A program made the position numbers and the translations under genes. This document shows positions 38,010-49,493 of a stretch of 64,000 bases of DNA, in pieces. The DNA comes from Podarcis liolepis (taxonomy: Eukaryota), in NCBI GenBank assembly GCA_965112155.1, contig OZ218099.1, one strand, 5' to 3'. Position 1 is the first letter of the stretch, and every line of letters starts with the position of its first letter. The notes below the pieces were generated by a model. That model was not told the origin of the DNA and made no database searches. It was given only the letters and a program-made list of their open reading frames with translations.

Positions 38010-39138
38010 GTGAGTGCAGGGTGGGGAGTTTGCCTCACCATTCATGCCTTCTTGCATTAGGAATATAAATACAGCAAATCTCTTTTCCAAGCTGTCTGTG
38101 TAACTTTGTGAAGCCAAAGCGCTTTATTCTCTGCTGGTGACTGTTCATTCACTTCGCTCAATGCTGAGCTACAAATCTTAAATGTGTTTCATGGGCATAT
38201 CCCAAACCCTTCTGCCAGGCTGCTTTCAGCTCTGCGTGAAGGGTGATTCTCTCTGCTTTGCTTTGTAAGAAGCATAACCCTGTCTCTTCTGCCCCCTCCA
38301 CCCCAGCCTCACTCCATATAGAGAGTGCCTTGTGTTTAAAGCTCACCTGTAATAAATCTGAAAGAGTGGTGTTCCAGTTTTCAAACATTCTTTGGAACCC
38401 GAACTTCCAACGCAGCTTCTGCAGCTTCCAATTGAGTGCAGGAAGCTCCTGCAGCCATTCGGAAGCCGTGCCTTGGTTTTAGAACATTTGGAAGTCAAAT
38501 GGACTTCTGGAATGGATTACATTCTAGAACCAAGATACAACTGTATTTACGCTAAACAAGGGGCAGTCATAACCTATTCAGACATTGCATACTATGAACT
38601 AGTGGGATATGTGAGCAGGCACAAGTACATTTGCTTTGATACCCTCTCTGGATTATTTGGAGGGTGCCAATCTGTGACAGGGAGGCTGCTCTTTATGTAG
38701 GCTCCTCTTGTGATGTAGAGCCCTGGAAAATCTACATTGCATGGGAGGCCTACCTGAGTCAAGTAGAAAAGTCTCCCTGCTGCAGATGGAGCTTGTGGAC
38801 ATAGGTAGGAGCTAGTGCATTTGTCTTCACTCATGTGAAGATCAGTAGCAGATAACCTTTGTGTGGATAGTGGAGGAAGGCAGGCTGGGAAAAGCTTTAA
38901 ATATTACTGAGCTGATCTATCAGGTAAAGACATATGGGCAGGGACAGTTTTTTGTTTTTAAAAGGAAGCAACACTGTTTACTCCTTTGCCCTGCCCAAGG
39001 TGGTTTAAGCAAATATTTTTTACAAAGCTTTCTAGTAGCATGAGCTGCCTCTGCCTTATTGAGGAGACTGTATTGTACAGGACGAGGAGGTGTGCATTTA
39101 ATTAGCCTCTACATGCTGCTGTGTCTTTTTCTCTACAG

Positions 39139-39278
39139 CTAATAAAGTCTGTTATGACTAGCAAGAAGACGGGAGACCAGAATCATTTGACAGAGGAGGA
39201 GTTGGAGGCTTACCTGTATGGCCTTTCAAAGGACAGGGGTCTAGAACCACCCATGAATTACTACAGGAACATGTCCAC
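39139..39278 (+). CDS. EPHX3: EPHX3 copy A coding exon 6 (second lid Tyr)
   Basis: LIKSVMTSKKTGDQNHLTEEELEAYLYGLSKDRGLEPPMNYYRNMST; canonical splice sites. Confidence 0.92.
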
Positions 39279-39705
39279 GTGAGAGCCCATTTATTCCCAG
39301 CTTTGATAATGGGTGGGATTGGCATTTTTTCGCAGAGGAAGAAACTGCTTGGCAGCAGTAGCCTTCTGCTCCTAATAATTGGAGGGCACCAAATTCTTTG
39401 TTGGATCATGTGGTGCTGAGGGGCAAAACACTCTTCCTCCTCCACAAATCTGTGTTTAAATTTCAGGAAAGGGGATGAGAAAATCTTGTGACCATTCTGA
39501 GATACTTTAATTTCTAAAAGAATGTTCATTTATAGAATTGGAATTAAAGTGTGGGTGTGCTGCCTCCCGATTATGTCATGGCTGCAGTGCATGAGCCTCC
39601 CTAGGGTGGAAAGCGACACAACTCTGATAAGTGGCACAAAATGGTGAACTGATTTATGTCCAATGCCAATTTGCAGATTTCTTTTCTGTGTATCTTCTCC
39701 TACAG

Positions 39706-39925
39706 TTGGGTTCGTGCAAAGTGCAAGGATATTGTGGTGCCCACCCTGCTGATCTGGGGAGAAAAGGATGTATTCTTGGAAAAAGGGCTTGTCATACCCA
39801 TGGAGCAGAAGGTGTGCAAGAACATCAAGGTGCAGCTCATCCCTGAAGCCGGCCACTGGGTCAGTGAGGAGCAACCAAAGAAAGTCAATCAACTGATGTG
39901 GGCTTTCCTCCTTCAGAGAGACTGA
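39706..39925 (+). CDS. EPHX3: EPHX3 copy A coding exon 7 (catalytic Asp and His, stop)
   Basis: WVRAKCKDIVVPTLLIWGEKDVFLE...IPEAGHWVSEEQPKKVNQLMWAFLLQRD*. Confidence 0.93.
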
Positions 39926-40130
39926 GATGGAAAGAGGCAGTGACTGCTCTGTGCACTACAAGCATTCCTACCACCCAGCATGCAGGAAATTACAAGAACA
40001 GCCATTTGACCTGACACTGGAGATCTGGTCCTTCTCTGTGCCCAGTGGAATGTTTCTATCCTATATTGGAACATGAGTCACATGCAACTTTTAACTGGTT
40101 TTGCTGCAAGTCTGTGTTCCGTTGCACTAC

Positions 40131-40136
40131 AATAAA
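40131..40136 (+). promoter_or_regulatory. EPHX3 copy A polyadenylation signal
   Basis: AATAAA ~205 nt after the stop; same position in copy B (52550-52555). Confidence 0.7.
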
Positions 40137-41527
40137 AATGATTTGCTTCAGGGTTTCTGATATGGGCTTCCTGATGGTGAAACTGCACAGCAGTTGCATT
40201 CAACAGGTCTTCCAGCTCCCTCCCTCTGTAGTATACAGGCATTAATACTCACAGAAGAGCACAGCTTTTCCTTCTGTATTTTTTTTTTGTTGGGTGTGCC
40301 TTAGCACAGCAGAATCTGGAGCGAAGCTATGTTCCCTGTTGCTGTTTCACACCCATTTTCAATGGCATCTTACTACCCTGGCAAACTACACAGGAAAGCG
40401 ACCCTTGGCATGGATCATATTGAAATAAATGTTTTCAGCCTTCTTACTTCACTGTCTACCTGGAATGAGTTAATGACACATTAGGAGGAAGCTGCTTCTT
40501 AACATGTAATATTACCTGGGAACATGACTGTGCCTGAGAACATCTTGGTAACGCTTGGGGGAATTAGTTGGATGTCTTAAGAAGAGGCTTGAATTAATCC
40601 ACTGCTCATGCCAAAGAGAGGGTGCAGTGATTGATCTCATAGTGTGTGCCTCATCCTGCATGTGGTGGACTGGAGAAACGACAAGAAAACCCCCAGTGGG
40701 TGTGTACATATGTGCAAAAGGAACATATATAGGTGACTTACAGGAACACAACTGGGTGGAAACTTCACATCTGCCAGGACTAAAGCTAGTCATTGCTCTG
40801 GGAGAGAATGTCTGCCCATGAGGCAGCCTCCATAATAAAGAGGAGTTTTGATACTACAGGTATTGTTCCCCAGTGTTGTGGACCTGATGCTCCAAATGGT
40901 GGCAGTCTGAAGTTGGTACAAAGCAGATGTGCCCTTTGGGCATATTCTCTAGAATTACAAGGTAAAGGTACAAGAGTGTCTAGTGTGAATTGTGCCGCCA
41001 GCTATGCTGCTGCTGTGCAGAGGCAGGAATTGAGTCAGGGATGGAGTGGCAGTTCCTAATACTACTCTGGGCCAAATTACCTGTGATGTTTTGTGTTTAA
41101 ACAAGTGTGCTTGACTTGCCTATTTTTATTTTGGAGGAAAAGCAGCCACAAGGCCCTAATCTGTGATATGCTTCCAATCCATTTGAGTTACCAGGACTGG
41201 TTTTCTGCTGAACATTACTCCCGCCAAGCTGCTCTGTGCCCTTGAAAGTTGCATGTAGTTTTGACCCTCGGCGGACATCTGATAGCTCAGAAGTACCAGG
41301 ATCTGAGGGCCAGGTTAGGCTCAAGGCAACCTGCGGCCAAAGCACAATCAGCAAGTTCTAGCGGATGAGGAAAGGCTTCTGCCTTTCCACCTGTCTGTTT
41401 CCGCAGACCAAGCTTCAAGACTTCTTGAAGACAACAGGCTGTCTTGTTTGACCTTCAGCTTTCTTTAACTAGGGTTTATGTTGGCATTCAATTGCTGTGG
41501 TTAATGCTGCATATTATCAAATAAATA

Positions 41528-41741
41528 CAGTGGTACCTCGGGTTATAGACGCTTCAGGTTACAGACTCCGCTAACCCAGAAATAGTACCTGGGTTAAGAA
41601 CTTTGCTTCAGGATGAGAACAGAAATTGCGTGGTGGCAGCAGGAGGCCCCATTAGCGAAAGTGGTACCTCAGGTTAAGAATGGTTTCAGGTTAAGAATGG
41701 ACCTCCAGAACGAATTAAGTGCTTAACCCGAGGTACCACTG
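41528..41741 (+). mobile_element. Tigger/pogo-like MITE, family 1
   Basis: TIRs cagtggtacctcgggtta/taacccgaggtaccactg; TA flanks. Confidence 0.9.
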
Positions 41742-43152
41742 TAATGATAATATGGTCTAGCATCATCATTATATAGCTCCCAGAAACAACTGCATTGTTC
41801 TTATATTGACAGGTCTGCTACCCTGGGCTACTTTGGAGAAAGGGTGGAATATAAATGTGTAACTTAAATATATAAGTAAATAAATATATAAATAACATAA
41901 ACAAAACATGGGGCACAGTGGCGCTAATGTTAACACACATTTTAAAATGTAGAGCAGAGCATCTTTTGCTTCAGCTTAGGGTATAATGTATTAGCAAATA
42001 TGAAACTCGTGCTATTTTCCATTCCAGAATCACTATTTTCTGCCAGGCATGTGATCAGAGGTGCTAATGAATCATCTGCAGTCAAGCTAGGAGGCAAGTG
42101 GTTGCTTCAAGCGAGCACATGTGTATGTGTCTAAACCTGGAACATGTAAAGTTAAATGTCAAGGAGAGGAGTTCTTGATTAGCATTTTTCCCAGACAAGC
42201 TTTTTAATTTTCTATGCCAGGTAATTATTTTTTAAATGGGGGAGCATTTAATTCAAGAACCATATATATCAGGCCTTGGAATCTTGATGAAAATATTGCT
42301 GTCTTGCAGCTCCACTACCAAAATCTATCTCCTTTATGGAAATCTGTAAGGGCAGCATTGAGGAAGGGGCAGTTAAGGTGGGTAGGACACAAAGATGGTT
42401 AAGTTATTGTAGCGTTAGAAGCAGAGGAAATCCCACGATTTTTATACCCCTCTCTGGCATTAAAAATACAATGAGAATAAAGTAACAAAACATTTGCTTC
42501 CCCTTCCATGACACTCAAATCACACTGCCTGTCATTGTTACTAGATCTCCTTGTGTACCAGTTCACACATGCCCACGATCCGTATCTCACACATATATTT
42601 ACAGAAAAACCTGTAATGGGGAAAGAGCAATATCATCTTTTGGAATCTTTAGTGGAGACTGTTGTGAGCCACAGACTTTCTTGCAATGGACCTGATTATC
42701 CAGCTTAAGTTTGGGGGAAATTGAAAAAAACACACACAATAGCATAGCTCACTTGGGGAAACTAGCAATAACCACACCAATGCTACAATCAGAGTATGTA
42801 TGAACAAAATACATTAAGGCTCATGACAGCAACTGCTGGCAAAGTTATACAGTGCATGCTTGGTTTCACTCTGAAGCTAGAATACAATCAGTACAGTACT
42901 GTACTTCAATGTTTGCAGGGGGAGCCACCTTGTGGATTCTGTGTGCAACACCTACTCCTTTAGTTCTGAAAGTGACATTAAAGCGAATGGGGGAAATTAA
43001 ATTTCCCAGGTAGGGACAGGGGACTGATCAGGGCCTCATGTCATTTTGCCTTCAGAAAGGGGTGGTGGTGCTAGTGGGACAGGGAAAAGCACAAAAGGTG
43101 CCCAAGAGTAGTGCAGCTCAGTCGATGCCCCTTCCAACTTAACCCTCTAGGT

Positions 43153-43377
43153 CAGGGGTCGGCAACATGAGGCCCATGGGCCCCAAGGGGCCCAAGGGGG
43201 TTGTTTAACTAGCCCCCAAGCCGCCCCCGAACTGAGCAGTCTGCATGCGCAGATGCCAAAAATCGTGTCTGCACAGATGCAGACGCCGGAAATCACAGGC
43301 ATGTGCACGATCCGGCCCACAGAGGGATCTCCGCTGGAGTGAACCAGCCCAGGCGAGGTAAACCTTGCCGATCCCTG
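43153..43377. mobile_element. hAT-superfamily MITE
   Basis: TIR CAGGGGTCGGCAA..TTGCCGATCCCTG; perfect 8-bp TSD ctctaggt. Confidence 0.9.
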
Positions 43378-43531
43378 CTCTAGGTACTTGCTTGGCGTAA
43401 CATAATTGAAAGTCCCACAGGGAGAAGTGATTGAAGAGAGAGAAGAAGAAAGGAGATGGTGAAGGAAGCAAAAAGATAACAGAAATAAAAAGACTAGAGG
43501 AGTCCTCTGTACAGAGGTTGCTTCCTTAGCA

Positions 43532-43884
43532 CAGTGTTTTTCAACCTTTTTTGGCCAAAGGCACACTTGTTTCATGAAAAAAATCACGAGGCACACCACC
43601 ACTGTGTGCGGAGAGGGAGATGTCAGAGCCCCGCTGCTCTCTATGGGGAATCGGATGAGAGTGGACCGCCTGTCCGCTCTCATCCGATCCCATCCGATCT
43701 GATCTCCACCCAGGACGGATGGGAAATAGGGTGGACACAGTCCGGCGCCCACGTAGCGGGCGAAAATTTGACATTTTTTTTTTTAAAAAAAATCTCTTTT
43801 GAATTTTTCAATTTTTCCCACGGCACACCAGGCAACATCTCGCGGCACACTAGTGTGCCGCGGAACAGTGGTTGAAAAACACTG
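43532..43884. mobile_element. hAT-superfamily (Charlie-like) MITE
   Basis: Perfect 15-bp TIR CAGTGTTTTTCAACC..GGTTGAAAAACACTG; perfect 8-bp TSD ccttagca. Confidence 0.92.
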
Positions 43885-44773
43885 CCTTAGCAGATGGAAT
43901 ATGACTGAAAAGAGAGAGCAAGTGTGACGCAGTAAGTAGAGCAAAGGTCACAAACGTCTTTTGGCCCATGGGCACATTCTGAATTTTGAGAGCGAGTGCC
44001 ATGGAGGCATGGCATAACACAAAGCTAGAAAGAGAATCATTTATTTATTACATTTATATCCCCTCTCTCCTCTAAGGAACTCAAAGGCATGGTGAAGCTT
44101 TTCCCAGTATTGTTATTTGCATATAAAAAAAACAACCTGCTGAGTTTTTGCCTGCTAAATAAAACAAAGCCCTGTTCCCCCCACCCAAGCACCAACCTTA
44201 AACCAAAGCCTAGGCTGCCATCCTTTGCCCACTTAGGCCAACAGGCTCTTCTTCTCTTCACTTAACACCATTTTTAAGTGCACCACCAGACCACCTAGCC
44301 CGCTGTATCCCCACCAAGTGCCTCAGCTTCCAAAGTAATCTCAGTTGTCTTGCAGCTTACCTGTAGGAAATATAGCATACAGTTTAGTTAGAGAATGTTT
44401 TGTTTATTGTCAAGTTGTAGTTTTGTGTCCTTACATTATACTACCAATAAAATACTTTGGAACCATTTCAGCTGTAGAGGTGAGCGGCTCTAACTACCGC
44501 CCACTATACCTTTAAAGCACATTCAAAGCACATCCTTTCCCTCAAAGCATTCTGGGTACTGTAGTTTACTCAATCCAGGTGGGAGGGAAAGAATGTGTTT
44601 CAAAAAGCGGGTTGTTCCCTTGCCTGATCATGGACAGTTCAAAGAGACTCTGATGATCCGGTGCGTGAATATGTGGGGTGGTAAGCATAGCTCTGCAGCC
44701 GAGTTGAAAGAGAAGGTCATTTATGTGTCAGGGGCAGGGGCCATCTCGCCTTCCTCGGACCAATCTCCAAACT

Positions 44774-44868
44774 GTGGGTTCGAGCCCCACATTGGGCAAA
44801 ATATTCCTGCATGGCGGGGTGTGTGTGGACTAGATGACCCTCGTGGTCCCTTCCATCTCTATGATTCT
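44774..44868 (+). mobile_element. 5'-truncated tRNA/CR1-tailed SINE (Squam2-like)
   Basis: B box gggttcgagcccc, then ggactagatgaccctcgtggtcccttcca.ctctatgattct (CR1-type tail). Confidence 0.75.
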
Positions 44869-44869
44869 T

Positions 44870-45660
44870 GCCGCCGTGCCTGACTTGTAGGAGGCGGGGT
44901 CTCCTTTGGGTGAGATCCGGCCCTGCGCCCGGACCCTCCAGGCCTGGCTCCCTGGGCGCTCGCTCTCTCGGCGCGCCCTCGAGATCAAGCAGGCGAGCGG
45001 GCAGGGAGCAGTTGTGGACGAGAGCCGCCCCCGTCCCTGAGCGGGCTCAGCGCAGGCTTCTCATCCCTCTGCCGGAAAGAGGCCTGGTCGGCCGAAACCC
45101 ATTCGCCTTCCTGGTCGCTCCGACGGGCGGAGCTCTGCGCCCGAAGCAGCCGCGGAAGGAGCAGGAGGCCCCGGGAGGCGGGGAAGGAAGCTCTGCTGCT
45201 CCCTCGCCTTGCCGCCGCGTCTTCCCTTGGCGCGCGGGGAGGAGCTGGAGGGGCGGCGCTGCCTTTATAAAACGGAAGCCGGAGCGAGTGGGTCGCGGGA
45301 GCAGGGGGAGATTGAACGCGCCCGGGCGGCGTCGAGTGACTCCCCGCTCCTTGAGGTACCGAGAGAGAGAGTTTCGGTTGCCCGCGCCACTGACTATCTC
45401 AGCTTGGGAGCCCCACCGCTTTATCCGAAGGCAGCCAAGAACCCAGCCGTGTTAGCAGGCGAGCACCCCCGCTTGGGTTTGCTGGATACCGAGACCTTGC
45501 TCGGTTGAGTTCCTATAGACACGCGTCGTGCCTACCGTGCAGGACTCCCGTTTGTAACGCGGCTGAGTCCGAGTTTCTGGTCTTCTGAGAAAGGACTTGC
45601 AACCGGTAGTGTCGTGGCAGATCCCGAAGTGCAAGGTCCTCATAACAGCCGCGCCCCTTC
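44870..45660 (+). promoter_or_regulatory. CpG-island promoter of EPHX3 copy B with TATA box
   Basis: Very CpG-rich; GC box at ~45250 followed by TATAAAA at 45266-45272; candidate non-coding exon 1 donor GAG|gtaccg near 45356. Confidence 0.8.
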
Positions 45661-46740
45661 TAAGATTTTACAGTAGCTAAAAAATTATACAAGAATCATT
45701 ATTAGGGTGCGTTGTAACAATGAATGCAGATCCCAACGTGTTGCCTTTCAGTTAGCTTCTATTTTATGTGCACATACATGGGCAAATGTTTTGGAATGCA
45801 GTTTAAAGTGGGTTCAGTATCCCATGTGTGCATAATTGTCACATTTGCACAATGTTGTCCTCATCCAAGTGGCAACCTGCACTCCCCCCCCCCCCATTTA
45901 GTTAAGATTTGTCCATTCTGTGGATAATGCAGTAAGGGTGGGGATCCAACATAGACCTGTATGATCCCAGCCATAGGTGTACTGAAGCACATTGTGTGGG
46001 CATTTTTAAAAAGGTGTGTAGTAACTTTTGCTTGGGTGCCATCTATCATAGCGCCCTCCCTTTACTTCAGTTAGTGAGAGGTGCTTCTTAGTGGGCTGCT
46101 GGTGGGGCTGTTTGGGAACACACTTCTTTTTACATTTTTCCAACAGTGTTTTGTGCAAGTCTGGTATATCCAAAAGCTTGTGTCTAAAAATAAGCAAATA
46201 CTTGCATGTGCAAATATATTCCATCAAGCACTGCCCACTAGTGGTGATGGTAAATGCCGAGATGGAGTTCACTTAAAAGTGCTCTTGTATGGACAAAAGT
46301 GCACAGGGGAAAAATAGGATCTGTTAATTCCATGCATACATTCACACTCTGGTGTATCCTCAGCCTTAGAGCAAATCAGACCATTGGTTTATCTGCCTCA
46401 GGACTGACTACTGCAGCAAGTAACTTTTCTTAGGCTGTATAACAGTGGTGCATACAGATGAGGGAAAAGGTTGCATTCTAACCATGCAAAAGTAAGAAGT
46501 TTCTACAGACAATTCTACACACCAAGAAAAGTGGCAGTGGCTCAGGAAAGTCTCACAGGGCTTTTGCCCAGTGGACCTGAGGTTCCCTACCCCTGACCTA
46601 CATTAACTAGAAGCAGCTCTTGGGCAGGGTTCTTGCCCAGCTCTACTTGTAAATGCCAGGCATTGAATTTGGGGTGCAAAGCATGTTCTCTTTCTTCTGA
46701 ACTGCAGCCTCTCTCTTGCAGCCCCAAACAACAGGAGGGG

Positions 46741-46983
46741 ATGGCCTCTCTCTATCGCCTCTTACTGATCCCCACACGACTGATGCTGAAGGTCTCTAAT
46801 GCCGTGTCCTGGTTGGTTGTGTACAGTGCCGCTTCCCTTGCTGCTGCCTTCTACTGTTGGTGGGCCCTGTCGCTAGTGGTGTCTAGGGGTCCTTTCCAGG
46901 TGCTGCGCAAGAAGAGACGGGAGACTCCACCAAGATGCCTCACTGATGCCTCGCATGGGGAGCACGGCTTTGTGACACTAAAA
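46741..46983 (+). CDS. EPHX3: EPHX3 copy B coding exon 1
   Basis: MASLYRLLLIPTRLMLK...HGEHGFVTLK; acceptor at 46721; donor AAA|gtgagt. Confidence 0.9.
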
Positions 46984-47305
46984 GTGAGTACAGTGGAGGG
47001 GAATGGGGAGGCTTCCAGCCATAGTCAGGTGCTCACAGACAGCTGCTGAAGGCAGGATCCTGGTCATGTACTGTACAGGTTGGGAGGAACATAGGAAGCT
47101 GCTTATTGCCAGGTCAAACTATTTGTCCCTCTACCCTGATATTTTCAAAGGTGACTGGTAGCTGCTCTTCAAAGTCTTAGATGCAAAGTGTCTTTTCCCT
47201 CAGCTGTCTCTTAACAGGAAATGTCACATATTGTGAACCTGTCACTATCACTGAGCCCTTGTCTGTGTGTAACTTTCCTATTTCTCTGTCTTTTGGGGTA
47301 TCAAG

Positions 47306-47391
47306 AATTCAGGGCTGCGTCTCCATTATGTTGCTGCTGGCAAGGAAGGAGCTCAGCTGATGCTTTTCTTGCATGGATTTCCCCAGAACTG
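47306..47391 (+). CDS. EPHX3: EPHX3 copy B coding exon 2
   Basis: [29 protein letters not shown]; donor TG|gtaagc. Confidence 0.92.
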
Positions 47392-48108
47392 GTAAGCGTC
47401 GCTGTTCTGTGCGGCAGTAGGAAGAAGTGCAATGCCTGGAGCTGATATCAATTTACTCCAGGTATGGTTCATGCAGGAAGTGACAGGCTACAGATCTGTT
47501 GGCCAACGTGTCACGTAATACCTCTCTGGCCAGCAAATTCCTGCAAAGTTGGGGCAAAGGTCTTAGACAGAAATATTAACTTCCCGAAGGAAGGGACTTG
47601 ATTGCTGCTATCCTCTCATGGTGAATGACCATAAGGCCTTCATCATTAAATTGTAATTAATACAACTTTTTTTTAGTGTTGACCTTATGCTGCATAGAAT
47701 CAGAAGCAACATGATTTACAGTAGACTTACAGTTTTAACAAATGTAAAAGAGGTCATGATAAATTAAGCAAAAGCTTGGTGGGGGTTTCTTGATTTTTAG
47801 AGGGTGAGGAAGCGAAACGAGGTGAATACTTATATTTAATTAAAATACCTTTAAATTGTCTTTCATCTAAAGATCCTAGGGTAGTGTACAATAAGCATTA
47901 ATAAAATCATTTGTACACAATATAGAAATACAGTTCAGACCAGCAACCTTTGTAACAAATAATAAACAAACCAAGCAGCAAAAACTGTAGAAGTTACAGA
48001 GCAGGACTAAAGCAACACAACAAAAGTAGGCACTGATGTCCTGGAATTTTCAGTTAGGGAAGCCCTCCTCTCTGCTTATCTCTTTATGGTTTGGATGTAT
48101 TTCTACAG

Positions 48109-48284
48109 GTTTGCATGGCGCCATCAATTGCAGGAATTTAAGTGGGCCTATAAGGTGGTGGCCCTTGATTTGCGGGGCTATGGCTTTTCCGACGCACCAG
48201 CTGGATGTGAGCACTATCAGAGGGATGCTCTGCTGGCAGATGTACATGATGTCATTGAAGCTCTGAGCCCCAATAAGAAGAATG
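48109..48284 (+). CDS. EPHX3: EPHX3 copy B coding exon 3
   Basis: [58 protein letters not shown]. Confidence 0.92.
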
Positions 48285-48510
48285 GTGAGAGTGAAAATGG
48301 TTGTTTTGGAGGAAGGGTCTGGCTTGCCATTGCAGTGGCTTGCCTTCTAGCAATGGGAGGAAAATGCCCTCTGCTCAGTCTTGCTAAGCTTTCAGAAGTG
48401 TTGCATGGGTGCTGAATGGAGCATTGTGGGGATGAACTGGTATGTGGGTTTGGGAAATTATCTAGCAGGCTTGTAGCTTCCCATAGGCAGATACTTACTT
48501 GTCCATGATA

Positions 48511-48618
48511 GGTTGTGTCCAACTCAAAGTAGACTCACTGAACTTATGAACCTAAGTTACTCATGTCCATGAACTTCACTTGGTCTATTTTGAGTATGAT
48601 AAGCACTGAATACAGCCC
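48511..48618. mobile_element. Old palindromic MITE in EPHX3 copy B intron 3
   Basis: ggttgtgtcca..tgaatacagccc ends with inner ctcaaagtagac/gtctattttgag symmetry; absent from the matching copy A intron. Confidence 0.6.
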
Positions 48619-48657
48619 ATTGTCTCTGTTTCATTGCTTTCTATTTGTTCTTTATAG

Positions 48658-48786
48658 AGATTCCTAAGTGCATCCTGGTGGGGCATAACTGGGGAGGAAT
48701 CATAGCTTTTGCATTTGCTGCCAGTTACCCCAATATGCTGGAGAAGCTGATTGTCATGGATGCTGTTCAACCACATGTTTTATTAG
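48658..48786 (+). CDS. EPHX3: EPHX3 copy B coding exon 4 (Asn at nucleophile position)
   Basis: EIPKCILVGHNWGGIIAFAFAASYPNMLEKLIVMDAVQPHVLL; AAC at 48687-48689; acceptor tttatag, donor TAG|gtaagt. Not in the supplied ORF track. Confidence 0.92.
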
Positions 48787-49193
48787 GTAAGTCTTGTACT
48801 GCCCCATGATTTTAGTTCTCACCATGGCTATTGGCATTTTCTAGCTCTAAATAGGATTGTGGATGGAAGAGAGAAGCCTGCAGAACTGTAAAAGGCCACC
48901 ATGACTGCATTGCCCTTAGGATGCAGAGTCAGGGTGGGCCATCATTTCACACCACAGATCTTTTGGGAGGAAGAGGGAAGGAAGTTGTCTGCTTTGCTCA
49001 AGTTCCCAACCCCAACACACAAGCATTGCTTGTGAATAAATGGGAGCCTGGCAGCAGGGCTTTTTTTAAAAAAAAAAAACCCCGATCCTCCCTGTCCTCA
49101 TTGCTTGGACTGGAAGTTGACGCAGATGTTAGGGGAAAATAAGAAGCAACTCCAGTTGACATCTTTCATTTTATTTTGAAGATTGGTTTCTGA

Positions 49194-49312
49194 GAGTGGC
49201 ATTCAACTAAGTTTTACATAGAGTGCACCTGTTGAAATGAATGGACCTAACTTATTCACATTCACTAATTTCAGTGGGTTTGCTCTAACTGAAACATAGT
49301 TGAATACCACCC
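49194..49312. mobile_element. Old palindromic MITE in EPHX3 copy B intron 4
   Basis: gtggcattcaacta..tagttgaataccac inverted ends. Confidence 0.6.
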
Positions 49313-49389
49313 AGTATCTGGTGGCATTTCATGTGTGGAGAAATTGGCACTGCCCTGACACACAACTTACTTTCCCTTCAACCTTGCAG

Positions 49390-49493
49390 AATATTTTCCA
49401 CGACATCCCACCCAGCTGCTTCGATCCAACCACATGTTTCTGTTCCAGCTCCCAAAGCTACCAGAGTTCCTGTGGTCCTTAAATGACTTCTAC
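49390..49493 (+). CDS. EPHX3: EPHX3 copy B coding exon 5 (His at first lid-Tyr position)
   Basis: EYFPRHPTQLLRSNHMFLFQLPKLPEFLWSLNDFY; CAC at 49431-49433. Confidence 0.92.

Larger units (their letters stand above)
35407..39925 (+). other. EPHX3: EPHX3 copy A gene (epoxide hydrolase 3/ABHD9), 7 coding exons, 365 aa, catalytically complete
   Basis: Exons total 1098 nt in frame. N-terminal hydrophobic anchor, HGFP, DLRGYGxSD, GHDWGG nucleophile, lid Tyr (RSNYMF, NYYRN), WGEKD acid and GHW base all present; downstream of BRD4 as in mammals. Confidence 0.93.

Noticed and set aside
39141-39146. AATAAA at the start of EPHX3 exon 6 in both copies
   Set aside because: Explained by Leu-Ile-Lys codons; no evidence of use as a polyA signal.
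43147-43752. 201-aa minus-strand ORF
   Set aside because: Runs across two hAT MITEs and their spacer; no transposase or other motif.
44868-45455. 195-aa + strand ORF
   Set aside because: Lies in the copy B CpG island, where stops are rare; Arg/Pro/Gly-rich with a non-ATG start and no recognisable domain.
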